DNA of 64,000 nucleotides from a virus: IMG/VR virus record IMGVR_UViG_3300036402_000303, positions 1 to 64,000 of that record; one strand, 5' to 3'. Shown piece by piece: positions 57,437 to 64,000 of this stretch (position 1 is its first letter; each line of letters starts with the position of its first letter). The notes under the pieces were generated by a model. It saw only the letters and a program-made list of their open reading frames with translations, ran no database searches and was not told where the DNA came from. The position numbers and the translations under genes were made by a program.

Positions 57437-57607
57437 CTACCAAGCGTCTAGCTCTTCAAACTCCTCGATTTCAGCAGGAGTCGGTTCTCGATATTCCCAT
57501 TCGCCAGCGCTGTCCCGGCGCCGCATTTTAAGATCGCTCATCGGCCGGGAATAAAAACGCCAGTCGCCTGGGCCGGCCATCTGGAAAATCTTTATCAGGT
57601 TCCACAT
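57437..57607 (-). CDS. 56-aa antisense moron protein (not in ORF track)
   Basis: MWNLIKIFQ...MRRRDSAGEWEYREPTPAEIEEFEELDAW*. Confidence 0.45.
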   Translation of the reverse strand: MWNLIKIFQMAGPGDWRFYSRPMSDLKMRRRDSAGEWEYREPTPAEIEEFEELDAW

Positions 57608-57900
57608 TCCGCGAACCTGCCGATCTAGCCGAAACTACGCCGTATCTTTCGATCGGCATCTTGCGCCGCCCGATCGGATTCGGGGATGGGCAAAATGTCG
57701 ATGGCCCGCCGTTTAATGCGTCGCTCTTGGACCCTGTAAGTAACGGCAATAGCTGCAAGCAAAAGTAGACCGGCTGATAGCCAATCATTCCACATAATGT
57801 TCCCCCTGCCTTAAACGGCACGGAACCTACCACCACAACCCCACAGCGAACAAGGCCCCTCCGGGGTCGATAACACCCTTAAGAGAAGGGACTTTGGACT

Positions 57901-59415
57901 ATGGCTACTTGGCCAAAAGACAATCAGGAAGCCCGCAACGCCTTCTACGGCGACCCCGGCAAGGGCGAGATTGAGCGCCAGATGGTGCCGGTTACGCCGC
58001 CCTTCGCGATGTACTACGAGGGCAAGCGGGTCAACACGATCCGCTTCCACAAGAAGTGCGCGCCGGCGCTGCTCGCAGCACTCAATGAGATCTGGGATTA
58101 CTGCCAGCACGACCAGGCGAAGATTGATGCGTCGGGCGCGTCGAAGTTTTTCGGCGCCTACAACCCTCGCAAGGTGCGCGGCTCAGAAACCAAATGGTCG
58201 AACCACGCCTATGCTGCGGCGATCGACCTCAACGCGGGACAGAACGCGCTCGGCAAGGTCGGCAACATGCCGGACTTCATCGTCGATGCCTTTGTCCGGC
58301 AGGGGGCGATGTGGGGCGGGTGGTACAAGAACCGGCCGGACTGGATGCACTTTGAGTTCGTCGACAACGGCGGCCGGCAGCCCAAGTCGGCGCGGCCGGT
58401 CCCTGGTGTTGTCGAACCCGTGACGGCAAAGGTGGTGCCGACCGCCGATCGTCGCACCCGCATGGGTCGCGTCATCTTGGGCTATGAGGCGCGGCGCGAC
58501 AAGGCCGGTCACCTGGCGGTCTACAAGCTGCCGGCGAACGACGGCGGCGGGACCTATGAAGTCGGCGGCATCAATGACCGTTATCATCCGGTGCAGGCGG
58601 CGCACCTGCGCGACTTGATCGCTACTGAAAAATTCGACGAGGCTGAGGCCTCGGCGGCCGAATACCTGAAACAGTACACCGATGCCGCGGCGGGCTGGTC
58701 GACGAATGCCGGTGTGGAGTTCTTCCTTCGGGATTGCGTCTTCAATCGAGGTCCGACCGGTGCGGCGAAGATCCTGCAAATGGCCCTCGGCGTCGGAGTT
58801 GACGGCACGGTCGGGACCGAAACGCGTGACGCGCTGGCCAAGATTGAGCCTGGCGCGTTGCTGGAAAAGCTCCGGGCGGCGCGGGAAGCCTATGAGGATG
58901 AAGTCGCCGGGCCGCGGCCGAACTTGCGCAAGGGCCTGATCAACCGGTGGAACAACGCGCTGGCGGACGCGAAGAAGTTCGCGGCCGAAACCCCGACCAG
59001 TTCGCAAAAGACAGCCGATGATCTGCTGAAGGGAGCAGTTGTTGCGGGTAGCTCCGGCGGTATCGCGACGGGCTTGCACAAGGGCTGGAGCCTGCTGGAG
59101 TGGGTCACCTATGCCGGCGAAGCGGTCCTGTTGGTCATGGTCCTCTATCTCGCCTGGCGCCACGGCTGGCCCATGCTGAAGGCGTGGCTGCATCGCGATC
59201 CGACTTATCACGACAAGCTGCTGGACGGCGCTGCGAAGGTGCAGGACGCGCCTGGCGCGTCGATGCCGGCACTGCCACCGGCAAGGCGCAAGCGCGCGCC
59301 ACGCAAGCCCGCGGCGAAGCGTAGGGGCAAAGGAAAGCCCGCAAAGAAACCGGCCGGGAAGGCCAAGCAACGGGTCGCTGGGAAACCCCATTTAACGAAA
59401 CGAAAGGCTACCTGA
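57901..59415 (+). CDS. Multidomain endolysin: M15 peptidase + GH108-like muramidase + PG-binding, TM and basic tail
   Basis: SNHAYAAAID...DWMHFE; YE...NDGGG.YEVGGI; LQ.ALGV.VDG.VG..T. Confidence 0.8.
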   Translation: MATWPKDNQEARNAFYGDPGKGEIERQMVPVTPPFAMYYEGKRVNTIRFHKKCAPALLAALNEIWDYCQHDQAKIDASGASKFFGAYNPRKVRGSETKWSNHAYAAAIDLNAGQNALGKVGNMPDFIVDAFVRQGAMWGGWYKNRPDWMHFEFVDNGGRQPKSARPVPGVVEPVTAKVVPTADRRTRMGRVILGYEARRDKAGHLAVYKLPANDGGGTYEVGGINDRYHPVQAAHLRDLIATEKFDEAEASAAEYLKQYTDAAAGWSTNAGVEFFLRDCVFNRGPTGAAKILQMALGVGVDGTVGTETRDALAKIEPGALLEKLRAAREAYEDEVAGPRPNLRKGLINRWNNALADAKKFAAETPTSSQKTADDLLKGAVVAGSSGGIATGLHKGWSLLEWVTYAGEAVLLVMVLYLAWRHGWPMLKAWLHRDPTYHDKLLDGAAKVQDAPGASMPALPPARRKRAPRKPAAKRRGKGKPAKKPAGKAKQRVAGKPHLTKRKAT

Positions 59416-59416
59416 C

Positions 59417-59956
59417 ATGACCTTCACCGTGATCGTGCTGCTCGCCGTCGTGCTGATGGGCGCGTGGATCCTGCGGCCGGCATACAAGCGCTGGCGCGAC
59501 TACCTGAAAGACGCTCCGGAACTGAAAGACGCGCCATTCGGCACCCGGGTCCTGGTCCTGTTCAAGGGGCTGCGGACGAAGATGCTGGCCCGGTTGATGG
59601 ACGGGCTCGGCGTCGCGCTGCCGGTGATCAACGCTGCCGGCGAATGGATCGGCGGCGGCGGAATCGACCTGAACGGCATTCTGCCAGCCATCCCGATCGG
59701 GCCAGCGTCCGTTCTTACTCCCGGCCAGTATGCGCCGCTGATCTTCCTGGCCATCGGCCGGCTGACCGACTATCTGCGCAATCACACCACCACGCCGCCG
59801 GACACGATCGACGCCAACCTGGCCAAGACGGTGGCGACGGAAAGCAACTATGTGCAGGGGACCAGGCCGTCGCCGGCGTTGTCCGCCATCGTTGCGCCAG
59901 CCGTGCCGCAGAAGCTACCAAAGCTTCCTAAGCCTGCCAAGAAGAGGGCGCGCTGA
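59417..59956 (+). CDS. Membrane protein of lysis cassette
   Basis: TM segments, basic tail. Confidence 0.65.
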   Translation: MTFTVIVLLAVVLMGAWILRPAYKRWRDYLKDAPELKDAPFGTRVLVLFKGLRTKMLARLMDGLGVALPVINAAGEWIGGGGIDLNGILPAIPIGPASVLTPGQYAPLIFLAIGRLTDYLRNHTTTPPDTIDANLAKTVATESNYVQGTRPSPALSAIVAPAVPQKLPKLPKPAKKRAR

Positions 59957-60447
59957 TGGGTGCGCTGTTCACATGGTTGATGGGAGGCGCGGCCAGTGCC
60001 GCGATCGGTGGCGTCACGTCGATCGCCGGCAAGGTCGCGGACGGCTGGGCGGCCAAGCAAAAGGCTATGACCGATCAGCACGGCATCACCACAAAGGCCG
60101 CGACGGAAATCACGGTAGAGGGCTTCAGGACCGATACGCGATTTGCCGAGCTGCAGGCCACGCTGGCGCTTGCCGATCGCGCGGACCGGCGAACGTCATG
60201 GATCAGGCCGGCCTATGTCGCGCCGGCTTGGGTCTGGTTCGTCTGCCTGGTGCTGAACCATACCATGCCGGGCGTCGCGAAGTTCATCGGGATACAAGTC
60301 ACCGATCTGCCGTTCCCGTTTGACTATCTGGCGATCGGGATTCCGCTGGCAATTTTCGGGCTTCGACCCTTTGAGAAGAGCGCCAAGGCGAACACCGTGA
60401 CGAAGGCGCAAGCGACTATTGCGCAGGCGAACGCGGCTAAGAAGTAG
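59956..60447 (+). CDS. Holin-like membrane protein
   Basis: WIRP...TM...FG.R.FEK (3TM-holin-like). Confidence 0.6.
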   Translation: MGALFTWLMGGAASAAIGGVTSIAGKVADGWAAKQKAMTDQHGITTKAATEITVEGFRTDTRFAELQATLALADRADRRTSWIRPAYVAPAWVWFVCLVLNHTMPGVAKFIGIQVTDLPFPFDYLAIGIPLAIFGLRPFEKSAKANTVTKAQATIAQANAAKK

Positions 60448-60457
60448 CGGGAACGAG

Positions 60458-60643
60458 ATGCTGCCGGAATGGCTAGAAAAATTAGCGACGGCATCGCCGG
60501 CCCTGATCTTTGCCGCTTTGTGGTGGCTGGAGCGGTCGGATCGGAAAGCGGCCTCTGCGAAGTTGGAAACCTTATCGGAGCGAACCCTTGTGCTGCTCAC
60601 CGAATTGAAGGGTTTGCTGTCAGGGAAACGGAGCGGGACATGA
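60458..60643 (+). CDS. Small membrane/coiled-coil protein
   Basis: Coupled ORF. Confidence 0.55.
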   Translation: MLPEWLEKLATASPALIFAALWWLERSDRKAASAKLETLSERTLVLLTELKGLLSGKRSGT

Positions 60644-60867
60644 GCCTGCGTTCTTGGCTCCTCGGTCAGAACAAAGGTCACCACAAAGCCGACGAGGCAA
60701 TTAACCTCGCTGAAGAGCTGACTCTGAAGATGCGGGAGCGAGCAAACCAGCGAGACCCCTTTAAGGCGGTGTTAGCCGATCTATTCTTTCAGGCACACGA
60801 TCCTGCGTTGGTCGCCGATGCCTTCGAAATCAGTCAAGAAGCGCGCATCTACAAGGGGCCGGAATAA
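60640..60867 (+). CDS. Hypothetical protein
   Basis: ATGA-coupled. Confidence 0.55.
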   Translation: MSLRSWLLGQNKGHHKADEAINLAEELTLKMRERANQRDPFKAVLADLFFQAHDPALVADAFEISQEARIYKGPE

Positions 60868-61295
60868 TGATGCTCCGCCTCGATCCGTCGCTGACGCTGG
60901 AAATCCTAAATGGCGTCGGAGTAATTCTGGCCGGGTGTTTTCTGGTCTTCCTGACGGTGTACCTCGCGCGTGAGCACAAGGCCCGCAACCTTCGTTTAAG
61001 AGATTGGTTCTTTCGGTTGCCGCCGAGTATGCACCTCGTTGTCGCGATCTATGTCTTTGACCTCGGCGTTGTGGTGAGAGCAGGGGTCATATGGATCTGG
61101 CGCCGGTTTTTTGAAGGCGGGAGCATGAGCCTCATGCAGCTGATGCTTCTGCTTGTCGGCGCGGTGATAATCGCCATCGGGTCGCTGTGTAAAATCCGCG
61201 CGGTGTCGAAACCCAGCTTCGGCAATTGGCCCTGGCTCGCCTCCCTGGCATTGGTCGTGGCCTACCTCGTCGTGGAATCCCCCCGGCTATTCTAA
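60867..61295 (+). CDS. Four-TM membrane protein
   Basis: Four hydrophobic segments. Confidence 0.65.
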   Translation: MMLRLDPSLTLEILNGVGVILAGCFLVFLTVYLAREHKARNLRLRDWFFRLPPSMHLVVAIYVFDLGVVVRAGVIWIWRRFFEGGSMSLMQLMLLLVGAVIIAIGSLCKIRAVSKPSFGNWPWLASLALVVAYLVVESPRLF

Positions 61296-61311
61296 ATCTA
61301 GGAAGCATCAC

Positions 61312-61536
61312 ATGATCAAAACCGTGTTTACGGTGGCTTTGGCGTGCCTCCTGCCATCCTGCTCGCTGCAACCCGCCTTCGCAAAGGGCAAGCCGGATGA
61401 CCCGTCGGCGGTCTTCTGCTGGCTCGCACGGGGCTGCCGAGCGATGGCGAATAGCGACAAGCAAGCCGAGACAGAGGCTAGAGCCCGCGGCGTTTCGGAC
61501 AATGATATCGCGAAGGCCAAGAGGTGCCGGCGATAA
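61312..61536 (+). CDS. Small exported Cys protein
   Basis: Signal peptide; AGGA RBS. Confidence 0.55.
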   Translation: MIKTVFTVALACLLPSCSLQPAFAKGKPDDPSAVFCWLARGCRAMANSDKQAETEARARGVSDNDIAKAKRCRR

Positions 61537-61699
61537 CGACCAATCTCGACTGCGAAAGCGGCGAGGGTCGGAACGCTGTAACGTTCCGGATCCACGGGGC
61601 AGTGTTGAGGCCGTCCCGCCTGACATCAATTGGGCTCAATGCCAGCTCGCCGAGCACCACGCTAGGGCCGGGGAGCTTGCTATCAGGTTGAGCATCACA

Positions 61700-62509
61700 A
61701 TGAACAAGGACTTAAGAACCGTCGTGCCGGTGCGCCCAGCCGCGGCTTACATTGGCGGGAAGAAGAGGCTAGCCGAACGGTTGGTCGAAGAGATTGTAGC
61801 GATTCCACACGACCTGTATGCGGAGCCATTCGTCGGGATGGGCGGGGTATTCTTCCGCCGGACCAAGGCCGCGAAATGCGAGATCGTCAACGATTTTTCG
61901 CGTGACGTGACAACGCTGTTCCGGATTTTGCAGCGTCACTATCCGCAGTTCATGGAGACGCTGAAGTTCCAGATCACGTCACGGCGAGAATTTGAGCGCC
62001 TGATCGGCACCGAGCCGTCCACCCTGACGGACCTGGAGCGCGCGGCGCGATTCTTGTACCTCCAGCGCCTGGCTTTTGGCGGGAAGGTTGCCGGCCGCAA
62101 TTTCGGGATGGAAAAGCGCGGTCCTGCTCGCTTTGATGTTCAGCGCCTCGGCCCGATCTTGGAGGCCATCCACGAACGACTGTCCGGCGTGATCATCGAG
62201 TGCTTGCCATGGCAGGCATTCATAGAACGATACGACCGGCCGGGAGCGCTATTCTATCTGGACCCGCCGTATGCCGGCTGCGAAACCGACTACGGCACGG
62301 GCATGTTTTCGTTCGATGATTTTGAAGTGATGGCAAAAACGTTGGGGAGACTGAAGGGCGCCTTTGTGCTGTCAATCAACGACACGCCCGAAATCCGGAA
62401 AGTGTTCGCCGGCTTAACCGTGAGGCCGGTGTCCACCCGGTATTCCGTCGCTGGAGCGGGATGGTCCGAAGCCAGCGAGCTGCTCATTACGCCGGCAGGA
62501 GGTCGTTAA
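61700..62509 (+). CDS. DNA adenine methyltransferase (Dam/D12 class)
   Basis: YIGGK, EPFVGMG, ND, DPPY motifs. Confidence 0.9.
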   Translation: MNKDLRTVVPVRPAAAYIGGKKRLAERLVEEIVAIPHDLYAEPFVGMGGVFFRRTKAAKCEIVNDFSRDVTTLFRILQRHYPQFMETLKFQITSRREFERLIGTEPSTLTDLERAARFLYLQRLAFGGKVAGRNFGMEKRGPARFDVQRLGPILEAIHERLSGVIIECLPWQAFIERYDRPGALFYLDPPYAGCETDYGTGMFSFDDFEVMAKTLGRLKGAFVLSINDTPEIRKVFAGLTVRPVSTRYSVAGAGWSEASELLITPAGGR

Positions 62510-62521
62510 CCGGCGGTTAAC
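62506..62521. promoter_or_regulatory. Possible CtrA box
   Basis: TTAA-CCGGCGG-TTAAC. Confidence 0.35.
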
Positions 62522-62585
62522 CATAAGCTCCGATCATCAAACCATCGCGACGGAACCGGCCAGCCGGAGCCGGCAGTCGCACAAG

Positions 62586-62619
62586 AGGCCGTCCGGCGTA
62601 ACGCCCGGGCGGCCTTTTT
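62586..62619 (+). terminator. Intrinsic terminator after methylase
   Basis: AGGCCGTCCGG/CCGGGCGGCCT hairpin followed by T-run. Confidence 0.7.
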
Positions 62620-62651
62620 GCGTTTTGCGGCTTCTCGCGCATACTCCCCCG

Positions 62652-62927
62652 ATGACCGATTTTCTGTTCGCCTTGCATGAAGGCGCCACGCTGCAGCAAG
62701 AATCGATTGTTAGCGACGGGCTCGAAGCTCGCTTCCCGGGCCATAAATTCATCGCGTCCGGCGCGGACGAGGGGCTGGAAGATGCGATCGTTCCAGTTGT
62801 GGGAACTCCGCATCCGACTGAACCCGATGCGGTCGTTATGATTATGCCGCCGGATAGTTTGGTCGGTGAAGTCCGCGAAGCGTTTGCGGAACTGTTGGCG
62901 GTCGCGTGGTTCGCCAAACCTTCATAG
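62652..62927 (+). CDS. Hypothetical protein
   Basis: Protein-like acidic ORF. Confidence 0.5.
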   Translation: MTDFLFALHEGATLQQESIVSDGLEARFPGHKFIASGADEGLEDAIVPVVGTPHPTEPDAVVMIMPPDSLVGEVREAFAELLAVAWFAKPS

Positions 62928-63039
62928 CATTTGACTTACCGCTCGAAAGTGGTTGGATGATTTTGGGCTCGTGGTTGGCCGCACCTTCCGCGCGCTCTAC
63001 CCGACTTCGGCGCCGGGCTGATGCTTGTCGCCGAGGCGG

Positions 63040-63219
63040 TTACTCTCGCGCGTGCTTGAACGCCTCGATTTTCCGGTCAGCCTGCCAGAGTTCTACATCG
63101 TGAGCGTCAACGAGGTTCTTGGCGTATTCTTTAGCGGTCTCATCGTCCGGGCATATGAGGTCGATCGATCGCATGAAACGACCGTCGTGCCCAACTATAT
63201 ACGCGCGATACTCAGCCAT
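63040..63219 (-). CDS. Small hypothetical protein
   Basis: GGGGAG RBS; YRAY..G.DG...ELWQ motif. Confidence 0.65.
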   Translation of the reverse strand: MAEYRAYIVGHDGRFMRSIDLICPDDETAKEYAKNLVDAHDVELWQADRKIEAFKHARE

Positions 63220-63376
63220 GTGGCTCCCCGGGTTCCTAATAAGGAACCAGCCATCATGTGTCTGTTCACTTGTGTACACTATCCAAATTAGGCCAGTTGT
63301 ATTTTCAACTTAGGCCACTCGGGATGGAAACAGGCCAGCACCCGGCCGTGGGGGTTTCTTCGTCCTTATCAGGGCT

Positions 63377-63823
63377 TCAGTCGTCAATAACCATTTCAAG
63401 CAGCTTCGCAATCTTATCTCTCGTCAGATCGCCGGAGTTCGAGATGTAAGGCTCGGCTTCGGGCGCGTAGACGAAGGGGGTGCCCTTCTTCGTTCCGCTG
63501 TCGCCGACGCGTGTCACGATGATATTTCCAAAGGCGGTTGTGATACTGGTCGGAGCTCCGTTACCGACGATGAACGAGACTCCAACAGGACGATGGTCGT
63601 TTCTCTCGATCTGGGTTGCGTAAGAGAATTGATCGGCGCCGAAGTGATGCTTCACTTCCTCCAGGAAAGGTATGACCTCCTTCTCCATCGCGTTTCGGCA
63701 ATGCTCCATGTCAGCCGTTCGCTTTGCCTCATTGTCGTGTGCAATCACTTCTTGCCTGTCCTTTTCGACAACGGCCGCAGCTACTTTCAGTCTGAATTTA
63801 TGGGCGAGTTCCTCGGCGTTCAT
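63377..63823 (-). CDS. Hypothetical protein
   Basis: 148-aa ORF from MNAEELA. Confidence 0.6.
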   Translation of the reverse strand: MNAEELAHKFRLKVAAAVVEKDRQEVIAHDNEAKRTADMEHCRNAMEKEVIPFLEEVKHHFGADQFSYATQIERNDHRPVGVSFIVGNGAPTSITTAFGNIIVTRVGDSGTKKGTPFVYAPEAEPYISNSGDLTRDKIAKLLEMVIDD

Positions 63824-64000
63824 TTGGTTTCCAATTGCGTCAGGGGGTGTGTCTGATTCGAGTATCGCAGATGACTGCGGTTTATCGGCGACGCACCGTT
63901 GCACGATTCAAGGGAACTGAAGGGACTGGGGAGGGGCAGCACGCTTTATGAATGTATGAAGGACAATGAACCAGTTGATCCCGTCGGCAACGAGCCCTCG

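Larger units (their letters stand above)
20925..62619. mobile_element. Lambda-like temperate siphoviral prophage in tRNA-Thr; right att not seen in window
   Basis: Module order int, early-left, cI/cro, replication, cos/ter, head, tail, lysis, methylase. Confidence 0.9.

Noticed and set aside
40962-59391. Long antisense ORFs (e.g. 40962-42218, 47499-48668, 52673-54373, 58183-59391)
   Set aside because: Shadow frames of high-GC structural genes with no recognisable motifs
61397-61699. Com-like regulator or long N-terminus before the methylase
   Set aside because: No CxxC zinc-ribbon ORF; methylase motifs begin after ATG 61700
62620-64000. Right att of the prophage
   Set aside because: No copy of the tRNA-Thr sequence found; GCGCTCTACC near 62992 is too short and lacks tRNA context

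Overview
Alphaproteobacterial (Bradyrhizobium-like) accessory DNA in three blocks. (1) 1-8.3 kb: a secreted Cys-rich repeat protein, decayed stress-gene remnants, and a minus-strand ABC-three-component (Lamassu-like) defence operon. The operon encodes a 51-aa Cys peptide, a nitrilase-fold effector, a middle component and a Rad50/SMC ATPase. (2) About 8.8-20.9 kb: a satellite-like integrated element. It carries a tyrosine integrase next to a tRNA-Thr(GGT) 3' fragment, a lambda-O-like replication initiator with internal iterons, RHH regulators, a structured ncRNA candidate, a serine resolvase and a lone 1056-aa tail tape-measure protein, but no recognisable capsid, terminase or other tail genes. 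(3) About 20.9 kb to at least 62.5 kb: a largely complete lambda-like siphoviral prophage using the same tRNA att, with int/xis, cI/cro, primase/helicase, cos, terminase, portal, Clp protease, capsid, tail, lysis and DNA methylase genes. Its immunity region holds a moron with LexA boxes that encodes a Nal1-like serine protease followed by a stand-alone copy of that protease's own N-terminal domain. The best novelty candidates are the tape-measure-only satellite, the protease/free-prodomain pair and the nitrilase ABC-3C system with its Cys peptide. All family assignments come from motif recognition by eye, not database searches.
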